From positions 1-64,000 of IMG/VR virus record IMGVR_UViG_3300046047_000046: a stretch of DNA of 64,000 nucleotides, one strand, 5' to 3'. Position 1 is the first letter of the stretch. Every line of letters starts with the position of its first letter. Positions 1 through 10,040 of the stretch are shown here, in pieces. The notes below the pieces were generated by a model. The model had not been told where the DNA came from, searched no databases, and saw nothing but the letters and a program-made list of their open reading frames with translations. Position numbers and translations under genes: made by a program. Source of the stretch: an uncultured virus (IMG/VR IMGVR_UViG_3300046047_000046) (taxonomy: Duplodnaviria; Heunggongvirae; Uroviricota; Caudoviricetes; Crassvirales).

Positions 1-1
1 A

Positions 2-730
2 CCTAATGAAGAAGTAATAGGGTTTGCATCTCAGTTTAACTATCAGAATAACTGGAAACCTGAGACAAGGGCTAAAGTAATAAAGGAAAAAGGAGAGGCT
101 TATTATAATCTTCTTTATCTTGCAGGAGACAAGACTATACTTGATACAGATACCTATAATGATGTAATAAAGTGTGTGGAAGCTCTTAAAACAAGTCCTA
201 ATACTAAATATTATTTTGCAGATGATAATCCTTTTGATAATATAAGTAGGTATTATCAGCTTAAGTTCAAAGCTGCCTTGCATGGTATAAATTATAGATG
301 TATGTTTGATGAACTGATAGTTGACTATGATAAAAAGACTATACAGCCTATAGATTTAAAGACATCATCAAAGCCTGAATGGGATTTCTACAAGTCTTTT
401 ATTGAATGGAATTACTCTATTCAGAATAGACTCTATACAAGAATACTCAGTAAGGTTATTAGCTTGGATGATTACTTTAAAGACTTTAAAATATTACCTT
501 ATAAGGATATTGTAATAAGTAGAAAGACACTTGTTCCATTAGTATGGGACTGTGATTTTTCAGAAGCTGAAGGAACTCTTACTTTTGGCTCTAATAATCA
601 GATAATAATGAGAGACCCTGAAGAAATAGCAGGAGAGTTGTCTTATTATCTTAAGTATAATCCAAAAGTTCCTATAGGAATAACAGCTAAAGAAGGAAAT
701 AATTTAAGAACTTGGTTAAATAAACTCTAA
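2..730 (+). CDS. PD-(D/E)XK-superfamily nuclease, 5'-truncated by the window edge
   Basis: Frame is open from position 2 (PNEEVIGFASQF...), upstream of the listed 176 start; motif RCMFDELIVD...PIDLKTS...YSIQNRLY fits the D...D/ExK...QxxxY nuclease pattern. Confidence 0.75.
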   Translation, partial: PNEEVIGFASQFNYQNNWKPETRAKVIKEKGEAYYNLLYLAGDKTILDTDTYNDVIKCVEALKTSPNTKYYFADDNPFDNISRYYQLKFKAALHGINYRCMFDELIVDYDKKTIQPIDLKTSSKPEWDFYKSFIEWNYSIQNRLYTRILSKVISLDDYFKDFKILPYKDIVISRKTLVPLVWDCDFSEAEGTLTFGSNNQIIMRDPEEIAGELSYYLKYNPKVPIGITAKEGNNLRTWLNKL

Positions 731-743
731 ATATAAGATAAGA

Positions 744-3700
744 ATGATTGTAGTAAAGAGAGATGGTAAAAAAGAAACTTTTAATCTTACAAAGATTACC
801 AATGCTTTAACAAAAGCCTTTATAGCCTGTCATATACAGGTAATAGATTTCAATTATAAGCAGAAGTTTACAAAATATCTTTGTAGAAGACTAGGAACTA
901 AAGATATAGATACCTATGAGGATATAATAGATATAGAGGAAGTACAGAATATAGTTGAAGACTTTCTCATGGCTGAATATCCTAAGGTGGCTAAAGCATA
1001 TATTCTTTACAGAGAAGAGCATAAGCAGACAAGATTTATAGAGAGTAGAATAAACTACATGGAATCTTACAGTAAAGATAATACTAATGCAGCTTCAGCT
1101 TCAGAAACTGATGCTAACTCAAATGTAAGTTCTAAGAATGTTGCTAATCTTGAAGGGGAAGTATATAAGACTACTAATAGGAATATACAGAGGCATAGAA
1201 TGAAGTTCCCCCTAGATAAGCTATTTCCAAAAGAGAATCTTGCTGGACAATATAAAAGTGATTTGGAAAAACATATTATATATGTTCAAGATGAGGCTAG
1301 CACTCCTGTTTTAAAATACTATTGTGGAGCTTATACTTTGTATCCTCTTATGACTGAAGGTGTTGGAAATGTTGATAATATTACTCCTACTCCTCCTAAT
1401 GATATACCATCTTTCTGTGGTCAGGTTACTAATTTAGCCTTCTTACTTACATCCCAGTCAAAAGGTGCATGTCTATACAAAAATCAAAAGTTGCTGATTA
1501 ATAATAAATGGACTTCAGCTAAAGATTTTGTAGAAAAAAACCTGAGTACAGAAAATTCTTTTAAGGATAAAGAAGGAAGTGTTTGGGAGTATGCAAATGT
1601 CAATTCATATGAGGTCTTTGAAGAAGGAAAGAATGTTCCTATAAACAAAGTATTCAGAAGGAAGTATAAAGACAAAATATATAGAATTGAATCTAATAAG
1701 GGTTTTATAGCAGAAACATCAAAAGACCATAAGTTTAAGGTATTTAGAGGTAATAAAATCATAGAAGTAACAGCTGAAAATCTTAAATTATATGATACTG
1801 TTTTTGTAAATAATAATTTTTGTATAGATTTTAACTCTGCTGATTATAAAGAGGGATGGATAAAAGGTATGATTCTTGGTGATGGATGTATTACTCAAAA
1901 GAATGCTGTACAGTTAAGTATTACATATGGTCAAGAATATTATGAAACAATATTTAATTCATACACAAAGGAACTTTATGGTTTTACTCTTAATAGATGT
2001 AAAGGACATGGATGCTATCAGTTAGAGAAGAGTGGGGAATATCCATATAACTGTATTCATTCAGGAATAGAAGGAGATAATACCTTTAATAAACACCTTA
2101 TAACATTAGATAGAAGTAATGATTTTCTTATAGGAGTGTTGGATGGAATACTAAGCTCTGATGGAAGTGACCATCATTCTATAAGCATATCATTGGTTAA
2201 TAAGCATATAATTGAAGAAATACAATATATACTTGATGTCATTCATATAAAATACTTTTATAAAGAAACTGAAGCACATGATAATAAAGCCAAGCTATAT
2301 ACACTCAATATTTCATCACAAGTGCTTAAATATACTCCAAACTTCCAGAAAAAATTAAAAACAAATAGGATTGTTAAGGATATTTATTATTATAGTGGCT
2401 ATGCTAAATGTGGACATAAAAATCCTGAGTATATAGAGTCTACTACTAAAAATCATTTTAAATATTCATCTTATAATCTTGATGTTATAACAAACATAAG
2501 CAGTTTTGATAATGATGACGATTATGTTTATGAAATAGAAACTGCCTCTCATTGGTATAATTGTGGTGGATTTATAACACATAACTGTGCTTTTGGAGAC
2601 TTACTTATAGTTCTTAATTATTATATTATAAAAGAATATGGTTCTCAATGGTATAATAAGGTAGATGTATCTGTAAGTAATGAACATTGTTTAAAGCATA
2701 AAACTATTCTTTCAGAGATAAGAAAAGGTCTTAAGCAGTTTATTTATGGTGTAAATCAACCAGCAGGTAATAGAAGCTATAACTCACCATTTACAAATGT
2801 AAGTTTTTATGATCATAATTACTTTAATGCTATGTTTGAAGGATTTAGTTATCCTGATGGTACTAAGCCTGAATGGGCAGCCATAGATAAACTACAAAGA
2901 ATATTCATGGAGCTTCATAGAGAATTAAGATTAATTAAACCTCTTACTTTTCCTGTAACTACTATGGCTTTAGTCAATGATGGTAAAGATATTATAGATA
3001 AAGAATATAAAGAACTTTGCGCTGAAGAATGGGCTAAAGGAGGTTCTTTCTTTTGTTATACAAGTAATGACCCTACAAGTTTAGCATCATGTTGTAGAGT
3101 TTTGAATAAGGTAAACAAGAACACCTTCAGCTCTACTACAGGTATGACAGGTATTATGACAGGAAGTTGTAATGTTATTACTCTTAATCTTAATAGGATA
3201 ATACAAGATTGGTATAGAAGATGGCATACAAGAGAAGATGGTAAAAAGATTGCCATTGATTTTACTATAGAGGAATATGATGATTTGAAAGCCTATCTTA
3301 TAAATATACTTGAAAGAGTATATAAGTATCATATAGCCTATAAGACCATGTTATATGATAAGGAAGATAAAGGTATGTTCTGTTCTTCAAATGCAGGTTA
3401 TCTTTATATGAAGAAGCTGTATTCTACTATAGGAGTAATAGGATATTATGAGGCTGCTAAATTCTTAGGACTTAAAACTGATAATAATAAGGACTATAAG
3501 GAGTTCTTACAATTAGTATTAGGTACTATTAAAGAGCAGAATAAGATACATTCTATTCATGACAAAAAGAGACCTTTCTTATTTAATACAGAGGCTATTC
3601 CAGGAGAAAATGTAGCAATTAAATTATATGATTGGGATAAAAAAGATGGATATTATGTTCCTGAAGACCAAAACTTATATAATTGTTATTTCTTTAATCC

Positions 3701-4064
3701 TTGGGATAATACTTCAGTACTTGATAAACTTAAACTTCATGGCAGAGATATAAATGAATCTACTGATGGAGGACAGGCTTGTCATATAAATTTGGACAGT
3801 CACTTAAGTAAAGAGCAGTATCTTAAACTTATAGATGTGGCAGTTAAAGAAGGAACTAATTATTTTACTTTTAATATACCAATGAGTGAATGTGCTGACT
3901 GTGGACATACAGTTAATGCTCCTATAAAAGAATGCCCTATATGTCATAGCAAGCATATTAAATACTGGACAAGAATAATAGGATACCTTACTTGTGTGGA
4001 TAATTGGTCTAAAGGAAGACAGATAGAACAGAAGAAAAGAGTTTATAATCATAAAATAGAATAA
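744..4064 (+). CDS. nrdD: Anaerobic (class III) ribonucleoside-triphosphate reductase with ATP cone, interrupted by an intein
   Basis: ATP cone (VVKRDGKKETFNLTKI), SLASCCR cysteines, C-terminal CADC...CPIC zinc site, glycyl-radical loop TRIIGYL; nrdG downstream. Confidence 0.95.
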   Translation: MIVVKRDGKKETFNLTKITNALTKAFIACHIQVIDFNYKQKFTKYLCRRLGTKDIDTYEDIIDIEEVQNIVEDFLMAEYPKVAKAYILYREEHKQTRFIESRINYMESYSKDNTNAASASETDANSNVSSKNVANLEGEVYKTTNRNIQRHRMKFPLDKLFPKENLAGQYKSDLEKHIIYVQDEASTPVLKYYCGAYTLYPLMTEGVGNVDNITPTPPNDIPSFCGQVTNLAFLLTSQSKGACLYKNQKLLINNKWTSAKDFVEKNLSTENSFKDKEGSVWEYANVNSYEVFEEGKNVPINKVFRRKYKDKIYRIESNKGFIAETSKDHKFKVFRGNKIIEVTAENLKLYDTVFVNNNFCIDFNSADYKEGWIKGMILGDGCITQKNAVQLSITYGQEYYETIFNSYTKELYGFTLNRCKGHGCYQLEKSGEYPYNCIHSGIEGDNTFNKHLITLDRSNDFLIGVLDGILSSDGSDHHSISISLVNKHIIEEIQYILDVIHIKYFYKETEAHDNKAKLYTLNISSQVLKYTPNFQKKLKTNRIVKDIYYYSGYAKCGHKNPEYIESTTKNHFKYSSYNLDVITNISSFDNDDDYVYEIETASHWYNCGGFITHNCAFGDLLIVLNYYIIKEYGSQWYNKVDVSVSNEHCLKHKTILSEIRKGLKQFIYGVNQPAGNRSYNSPFTNVSFYDHNYFNAMFEGFSYPDGTKPEWAAIDKLQRIFMELHRELRLIKPLTFPVTTMALVNDGKDIIDKEYKELCAEEWAKGGSFFCYTSNDPTSLASCCRVLNKVNKNTFSSTTGMTGIMTGSCNVITLNLNRIIQDWYRRWHTREDGKKIAIDFTIEEYDDLKAYLINILERVYKYHIAYKTMLYDKEDKGMFCSSNAGYLYMKKLYSTIGVIGYYEAAKFLGLKTDNNKDYKEFLQLVLGTIKEQNKIHSIHDKKRPFLFNTEAIPGENVAIKLYDWDKKDGYYVPEDQNLYNCYFFNPWDNTSVLDKLKLHGRDINESTDGGQACHINLDSHLSKEQYLKLIDVAVKEGTNYFTFNIPMSECADCGHTVNAPIKECPICHSKHIKYWTRIIGYLTCVDNWSKGRQIEQKKRVYNHKIE
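1470..2585 (+). mobile_element. Intein (372 aa) with LAGLIDADG homing endonuclease in nrdD
   Basis: Junctions KGA|CLYKNQ and GFITHN|CAFG; block B TSKDHKF; block F VYEIET; LAGLIDADG-like GMILGDG and GILSSDG. Confidence 0.93.
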
Positions 4065-4065
4065 T

Positions 4066-4296
4066 ATGAAAGTTATTAAAGTAATTTTTATAACAGCAGC
4101 TATAATTATTGTATTACTTTACTTAGTCTCTGTACTATTTCTTCCTTTTTCTCATAAAGAGTTTAATTATAATGGACATAGCTATATAGAGCTAAACAGT
4201 ACTGTACTTCATAATCCTGATTGCAGGAAATGTGACTCTATTCAAAATGCTAAATTTGATAAATTAGTAAATTCTTTAAAAATAGGAGATGAATGA
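4066..4296 (+). CDS. Small protein with an N-terminal transmembrane helix
   Basis: ORF abuts the nrdD stop; hydrophobic N-terminus; HNPDCRKC motif. Confidence 0.7.
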   Translation: MKVIKVIFITAAIIIVLLYLVSVLFLPFSHKEFNYNGHSYIELNSTVLHNPDCRKCDSIQNAKFDKLVNSLKIGDE

Positions 4297-4466
4297 GTAA
4301 GAAAAGCTTTAGAAAAATCTATAAGAACATAGTAAAATCTATATGGTTTAAAAAGGCTTATGAAAATAAATCTATTGGAGAAACAATAGAGATAAAAGAT
4401 AGTCAGGAAATTCATAGTGGTTACTATAGTGATTTAGTAGATAAACATTTTAATGAATTAATATAA
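4293..4466 (+). CDS. Hypothetical protein (57 aa, not in ORF track)
   Basis: ATGA overlap with the previous stop; MSKKSFRKIYKN...HFNELI*; TAA directly abuts the nrdG ATG. Confidence 0.65.
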   Translation: MSKKSFRKIYKNIVKSIWFKKAYENKSIGETIEIKDSQEIHSGYYSDLVDKHFNELI

Positions 4467-4973
4467 ATGCTTAAATATACAGATACAGCAGTTACATTTG
4501 CTGAAATCCCTGATGAGATTACTTTATGTATTAACATAAGTAATTGTCCTATACATTGTAAAGATTGTCATAGTAAGTATTTATGGAAAGATATAGGTAC
4601 TACACTTGATATAGATACTTTTAAGGGACTGATAAGAAGAAGTGAGGGGATTTCATGTGTATGTATAATGGGAGGTGATATAGAACCTAAAGAAGTAAAT
4701 AATCTATTTAGTTCTATTAATCTTTATTCTGATATACTTCCTATTAAACATGCTTGGTACTCAGGAGAAACTAAGTTATCTAAAGACATAGACTTACATT
4801 GGTTTGACTATATTAAGATTGGTCCTTATATAAAGGAAAAGGGAGGATTAGATAATCCAAACACTAATCAAAAATTGTATAAAGTCATACATCATAATTA
4901 TATGTTTGAAGATATGGATGAATTAAAAGACATAACCTATAAATTTTGGAAAAATGATACAAGTAATAAATAG
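4467..4973 (+). CDS. nrdG: Anaerobic RNR activating radical SAM protein
   Basis: CPIHCKDCHS CxxxCxxC motif; MGGD; DYIKIGPY; TNQ; near nrdD. Confidence 0.93.
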   Translation: MLKYTDTAVTFAEIPDEITLCINISNCPIHCKDCHSKYLWKDIGTTLDIDTFKGLIRRSEGISCVCIMGGDIEPKEVNNLFSSINLYSDILPIKHAWYSGETKLSKDIDLHWFDYIKIGPYIKEKGGLDNPNTNQKLYKVIHHNYMFEDMDELKDITYKFWKNDTSNK

Positions 4974-5517
4974 CCCAGAAGGATATATAGTAAGTAAACA
5001 TTATAGGGGAGCTGATAATAATGTTATAATAGAATATAAAAAGGAAAACCATTTTAAAAAAGGAGACTTTCTACATTCAATATATAATGATAATATGATT
5101 ATATATGATGAACCTATAGATGCACACTATGTAAATTCTATCTACAGTAATACTTATTTAGATAATAAAGGTTGGGATATAGATTGCTTTAGACAGGCTA
5201 CACAGATAGAAAAGAATACCTTTATTGAATATATGCATAAAAAAGGCTTTGATTGGGATTCTGATAACCTTAAAATATGTAAGTTTGTTTGGAAGCCTAA
5301 AGTAGGTGAAGAGTACTTTTATATAAATCAATATGGTTATTGTGTACAATCAAAGAATAAGGGAGAAAAAGTTGATGATTTACTTTTTAGTATAGGAAAT
5401 TACTTTCAGACTCTTGATGAAGCAAGAGAATGTGCTAAAGTGTTATCATCCACTATAGTAAATTTAAAGAACCTTAATAAGCCAAGTAATAAGATGAGTA
5501 TAATAGATGATATTTGA
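4954..5517 (+). CDS. Hypothetical phage protein
   Basis: ORF overlaps both neighbours; WKPKVGEEYFYI...GNYFQT motif common in phage proteins. Confidence 0.7.
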   Translation: MIQVINSPEGYIVSKHYRGADNNVIIEYKKENHFKKGDFLHSIYNDNMIIYDEPIDAHYVNSIYSNTYLDNKGWDIDCFRQATQIEKNTFIEYMHKKGFDWDSDNLKICKFVWKPKVGEEYFYINQYGYCVQSKNKGEKVDDLLFSIGNYFQTLDEARECAKVLSSTIVNLKNLNKPSNKMSIIDDI

Positions 5518-5728
5518 AAGAACTGATATAGAAGAAAGACAAGAAGACCTTGCTATTAGGGTTATTACATTTAAGATTTTTGGTCTTATAGTCTATAAAT
5601 CAAAAATGTCTACTGCTAATAGTAAAATAGTTAATAATTTTGTAAAGCCTGTAAGAAGAGTAAATTCTATTATAGGCTTTATTAATAATAATAATAAAAA
5701 TAATGAAGATAAAAGTAAGAAGTATTAA
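5507..5728 (+). CDS. Hypothetical protein
   Basis: ORF fills the gap and overlaps both neighbours. Confidence 0.6.
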   Translation: MIFERTDIEERQEDLAIRVITFKIFGLIVYKSKMSTANSKIVNNFVKPVRRVNSIIGFINNNNKNNEDKSKKY

Positions 5729-6212
5729 TCATAAACCTCTATCCTTGGAAACTCTTGGAGAAGAAGCTGTTCCATTTAATTTTATAGAAAAAGGGGAGTG
5801 GATAGATTTAAGAAGCTCTATCGGAGTAAAAGCAAAGAAGCAACAGGATAAAGTATGCTATAGTATGATACCTTTAGGAATAGCAATGCAGCTTCCTAAA
5901 GGATATGAAGCTATAGTAGCGCCAAGAAGCAGTACATTTAAAAAGTATGGCATTATCATGGCTAACTCTATAGGGATAATAGATTCTTCTTATTGTGGTA
6001 ATGATGATGAATGGCAATTTCCTGCTCTATTTACTAGAGATGCTAAAGTAGGCTTTAATGATAGGATATGCCAATTCAGGATACAATTAAGTCAAAAAGC
6101 TACTGTTTTACAGAAATTAAAGTGGTTATTTACAAGTAAAATTAAATTTGTATGGGTTAGTAATTTAGCTAATGATAATAGAGGTGGATTTGGTTCTACA
6201 GGTACAAAGTAA
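5703..6212 (+). CDS. dut: Trimeric dUTPase
   Basis: IDLR, PRSS, GIIDSSYCG, RICQ, RGGFGSTG motifs. Confidence 0.95.
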   Translation: MKIKVRSINHKPLSLETLGEEAVPFNFIEKGEWIDLRSSIGVKAKKQQDKVCYSMIPLGIAMQLPKGYEAIVAPRSSTFKKYGIIMANSIGIIDSSYCGNDDEWQFPALFTRDAKVGFNDRICQFRIQLSQKATVLQKLKWLFTSKIKFVWVSNLANDNRGGFGSTGTK

Positions 6213-6218
6213 TGAGAT

Positions 6219-6707
6219 ATGAAAATAATAGAAATAATTTTATTTGCACTTATATTAGCTTCAATATTAACACTAATAACCAAGTTATATATTGATTCTA
6301 ACAATAAGTTTAGTATATCATTTAAAGAATCTATGGACTTAACAAAACTTCCTATAATAACTTTTGAAAATAATGGACTTAAATTTAATTTCTTATTAGA
6401 TACAGGGGCTGATTTTTCTGTTATTAATGAAAGCTGTCTTAGTACTATAAATCATATTAAAACTAGTGAAACTGGAAAGGTTCATGGCTTTGAGGGAAAC
6501 TATGTTGATACTACTTATGTTAATATTCCTCTTGAATATAATGATAACCTGTTTACAGACTTCTTTCAGGTAGTAGATTTAAGTAAAGCATTTGGAAATG
6601 TAAAAGCAGAATATGGTGTGACACTGCATGGAATACTGGGAAACTCTTTCTTTCAGAAATATAAATATATACTTGACTTTAATAAATTAAAAGCATACAT
6701 AAAATGA
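6219..6707 (+). CDS. Retropepsin-like aspartic protease with N-terminal membrane anchor
   Basis: FLLDTGADFSVI catalytic motif; HGILGNSFF; hydrophobic residues 3-23. Confidence 0.88.
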   Translation: MKIIEIILFALILASILTLITKLYIDSNNKFSISFKESMDLTKLPIITFENNGLKFNFLLDTGADFSVINESCLSTINHIKTSETGKVHGFEGNYVDTTYVNIPLEYNDNLFTDFFQVVDLSKAFGNVKAEYGVTLHGILGNSFFQKYKYILDFNKLKAYIK

Positions 6708-6919
6708 AAAGAATTAAATTAATTAATAACTCTCTTGAAGTAATAGAAGAAAAAAAGTATTTACTTAAGACTGATGGGCACTATCTAAGAACTGGTTATA
6801 TGCTTGGCAAGGATAATAAAGATAATAAATTTGTTGATCCTGAAGGAGGTCCTATGATGATAGTAGATACTGTTAAGTATGATAAAAATAGAAAAGGGTA
6901 TATTATAACTATAAAGTAA
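6704..6919 (+). CDS. Hypothetical protein
   Basis: Translationally coupled ORF; FVDPEGGPM motif. Confidence 0.65.
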   Translation: MKRIKLINNSLEVIEEKKYLLKTDGHYLRTGYMLGKDNKDNKFVDPEGGPMMIVDTVKYDKNRKGYIITIK

Positions 6920-9321
6920 TGATATATTTTGTAACTACAAATAAGGAACTCTTTGAGAATGAGCAATATAAGATAATAAGTCCTGATAAAGCTCTTACTA
7001 TACTTAAAGATTGGTCTATCTTTCAGTTTGATACTGAAACTACAGGAAGAGACCCTCACCTATGTAAGTTACTTTTAATGCAATTTGGTAATATTAAAGG
7101 AGATATACAGATAGTAGTAGACTGTACTACTATTTCTCCCTTAATATTTAAAGAATACATAGAAAATAACTGCATGATAGGGCAGAATCTTAAGTTTGAT
7201 TTACAATTTCTATATAATTATAATATTATACCATTAAATGTGTATGATACTATGATTGTGGAGCAGCTTCTTTACTTAGGTTATCCTACTTTCTTATTAG
7301 GAATGTCTGATAAAATGATGACAGATTACTGTTATCTTATATATAATGAAAGATTATATGACTCCTTTAATTCAAAGCAGAAAAAAGAATTTCTGTATAA
7401 TAGTGGTGATAAGGGACGCAAAATAGCAGATTTCATATATAATCATTCAGGAGCTTCCTTAAAGGCACTTACCTATAGGTATCTCAATATAGAAATGGAT
7501 AAGAGTGTAAGAGGAGAAATTATATGGAGAGGTATAGATACTGATGTAATTATATATGCAGCTACTGATGTGAAGTATCTATATGAAATAGTGAAGAAGC
7601 AACTTTATATATGCAAAGAGAAGAGTTGTATTAATGGTGCAAGGCTTGAATGTAACTTTGTTCCTGCTATAGCTTATCTTGAATGGTGTGGTATTAAGAT
7701 AGATATTGATAAATGGAAACTTAAGATGAAATATGATAAATCTATAAGAATGGTTTATTTAAAAGCTCTTAATAATTTTATCATAGCAGCTTCTTTAAAG
7801 AAGGATACTTATATTTCCTATATTTCATTATCAGATAAAGAAGAGGATGATTTAAGTAAAGAAAGAAAACTATATAAGGACTGCAATAGAGTTCCTGAGA
7901 ATGATATAGTTAGTCCTGAAGGAGCTAAATTTGAAGCTTACTTATGTAAAGTGACTAAAGAATTAAGCTCTAAATATTCTAAAAGAGACTTACAGGGAGA
8001 CTTATTTGAAGGTTTTAATACAGAAACTCAGTGTACAGTTAATTGGAATAGCTCTTCACAGGTAGTAGATATATTGAAGACTCTTGGTTTTAATACTAAA
8101 GTAATAGATAAGAAAACAAGTGAGGAGAAAGATTCTGCTCTTGAAAAAGTAATTAAGAAACAGAAAGGAATAAATGACATCTTCTTAAGTATTTATCTCA
8201 ATTATAAAGAAGCAGATAAAGTATGTTCAACTTATGGACAGTCTTACTTGAATGCTATTAATCCAAAGACAGGAAGAATACATACTAATTTTCATCAATT
8301 AGGTGCTGCATCAGGTAGAATGTCATGTGGTTCACAGCAGACTAATACAGACTTAGCTAAACTTAAAGGATTACCATTAAATACTAAAGACTGTGAGCTT
8401 AAATGTGCTTATCCTCAAATACAGAATTTACCTGCTGATGATAGAACAAGAAGCTGCTTTATAAGTGAGAAAAGAAATAGTTTTTGTAGTTGTGACTATT
8501 CAGCATTGGAATCCAGATTAGGTGCTGATATTTACAATGAGAAGTCTATGATTAATGAATATCTACATGGTAGTGGTGATATTCATTCCCTTGTAGCTAA
8601 AGCATGCTTTCCTGAAGAACTTAAAGACATTCCTACAAATGAAGTAAAGAAAAGAAGACCTGACTTAAGAAAGAAAGCCAAATCTCCTGAGTTTGCAAAA
8701 CAGTTTGGGGGAGGTTCAGACTCTATTAAGGACTCTTTGGGAATAACTAAAGAGGAAGCAGATAAAATAGGTAATGCTTATGATAAGGGTTTTCCAGGGG
8801 TTACTAAATTTGGTAATATGGGAGCAGCTAAAGTAAAAAAGAACGGTTATGTACTTATTAATCCTTTAACAGGACATAAGATGTATTGGTGTGACCATTC
8901 TTATTGGTGTATAGAGCAGCAGAGTTTTAATTCAGAATTTTGGGATAGATATAGAGCTATGAAAAGTACAATGCCCTATAATGAATTTGCTGAAACTTGG
9001 GAAAAGAAGAGAGTTACTCTTCATTTTAAAGCAGCAAGCAAATGGGGTAGATTAAGTCTTAATGCTCCTACACAAGGAACAGGTATAATTATACTTAAGT
9101 ATGCTATTACTAACTTCTTCAAGTACATAGTCAGTAATAATTTGTTCAATATAGTTAAATTAGTAGATTTAGTACATGATGAGGCTTGCATTGAATATCC
9201 TGAAAGTATGAAAGATGTTCCTGATACTCTTAAGAAGTTTATGGAGGAATCTTCTTCTATATTCTGTAAGAAACTACCTATTCCAGCAGATGCTGAAGTA
9301 GGAAAATATTGGATTCACTAA
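6919..9321 (+). CDS. polA: Family A DNA polymerase with 3'-5' exonuclease
   Basis: ExoI FDTETTG, ExoII NLKFD, ExoIII YAATD; SGRMS, QNLP; motif A DYSALESR; motif B RKKAKSPEF; motif C VHDE. Confidence 0.96.
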   Translation: MIYFVTTNKELFENEQYKIISPDKALTILKDWSIFQFDTETTGRDPHLCKLLLMQFGNIKGDIQIVVDCTTISPLIFKEYIENNCMIGQNLKFDLQFLYNYNIIPLNVYDTMIVEQLLYLGYPTFLLGMSDKMMTDYCYLIYNERLYDSFNSKQKKEFLYNSGDKGRKIADFIYNHSGASLKALTYRYLNIEMDKSVRGEIIWRGIDTDVIIYAATDVKYLYEIVKKQLYICKEKSCINGARLECNFVPAIAYLEWCGIKIDIDKWKLKMKYDKSIRMVYLKALNNFIIAASLKKDTYISYISLSDKEEDDLSKERKLYKDCNRVPENDIVSPEGAKFEAYLCKVTKELSSKYSKRDLQGDLFEGFNTETQCTVNWNSSSQVVDILKTLGFNTKVIDKKTSEEKDSALEKVIKKQKGINDIFLSIYLNYKEADKVCSTYGQSYLNAINPKTGRIHTNFHQLGAASGRMSCGSQQTNTDLAKLKGLPLNTKDCELKCAYPQIQNLPADDRTRSCFISEKRNSFCSCDYSALESRLGADIYNEKSMINEYLHGSGDIHSLVAKACFPEELKDIPTNEVKKRRPDLRKKAKSPEFAKQFGGGSDSIKDSLGITKEEADKIGNAYDKGFPGVTKFGNMGAAKVKKNGYVLINPLTGHKMYWCDHSYWCIEQQSFNSEFWDRYRAMKSTMPYNEFAETWEKKRVTLHFKAASKWGRLSLNAPTQGTGIIILKYAITNFFKYIVSNNLFNIVKLVDLVHDEACIEYPESMKDVPDTLKKFMEESSSIFCKKLPIPADAEVGKYWIH

Positions 9322-9330
9322 TAAAATAAT

Positions 9331-9816
9331 ATGAAAATATACAAGTGTATTAAGAGTTTTGGTAGCACAGGCTCTAATAATGTTATATTTTCCTCTAATA
9401 ATGTTATATTTTCCTTTAATAAGGGAAATCTTTATAGGGCTTATACTAAAGAAGAGGGAGATAATATAGTAGGAGATGATATAATCATTGATGAAAATAA
9501 CAATAGAATGCCTATAAAGTGTATTAAAGATTTTCAGAAGTATTTTATAGCAAAAAGTGGTTCTTTTGCGTTTTCTAAAGATAATCAGGATAATGTAAAT
9601 CATCCTTCACACTATACTTGGCTTAAAGACAAATGCGGTATAGAAGTAATTGATATTACAAGACATCTTGACTTTGATTTAGGCAATGCTGTTAAGTATC
9701 TTCTTAGATGTGGGCATAAGTCTGAAGAAGGAATGTCTGATAAAGATAAAACTATTGAAGACTTAAAGAAGGCTATATGGTATATTAATGATAAAATAAA
9801 TACTCTGAATAAATGA
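9331..9816 (+). CDS. DUF3310-like (T7 gp1.7-like nucleotide kinase) protein
   Basis: DNVNHPSHY...GNAVKYLLRCGHK...EDLKKAIWYI. Confidence 0.85.
   Translation: MKIYKCIKSFGSTGSNNVIFSSNNVIFSFNKGNLYRAYTKEEGDNIVGDDIIIDENNNRMPIKCIKDFQKYFIAKSGSFAFSKDNQDNVNHPSHYTWLKDKCGIEVIDITRHLDFDLGNAVKYLLRCGHKSEEGMSDKDKTIEDLKKAIWYINDKINTLNK
9372..9413. repeat. Exact 21-bp tandem duplication
   Basis: ctctaataatgttatattttc x2, encoding SNNVIFS twice in frame. Confidence 0.95.
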
Positions 9817-10040
9817 CTGCTGATGAATTAATTGAAACTATTAGAGCAACTCATACAGACTTAAGTAATACCCCAGTAGTAATAATAAAGAGAAACAAAA
9901 AAAGTACTAATAACTACTCTGTTAGGAATATTAAGTATAATGAGTATTTTAAAGAGTTTGAAATTGAGATTGAAACTAATGCATATGTTAAAATAAACAA
10001 TGCACACTACTTAAAAGAACTTAAAAAACATACACAATGA
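9813..10040 (+). CDS. Hypothetical protein
   Basis: ORF overlaps the upstream stop. Confidence 0.7.
   Translation: MTADELIETIRATHTDLSNTPVVIIKRNKKSTNNYSVRNIKYNEYFKEFEIEIETNAYVKINNAHYLKELKKHTQ

Noticed and set aside
2..730. Nuclease as Cas4 of a CRISPR system
   Set aside because: No Fe-S cysteine cluster visible, no other cas genes and no array
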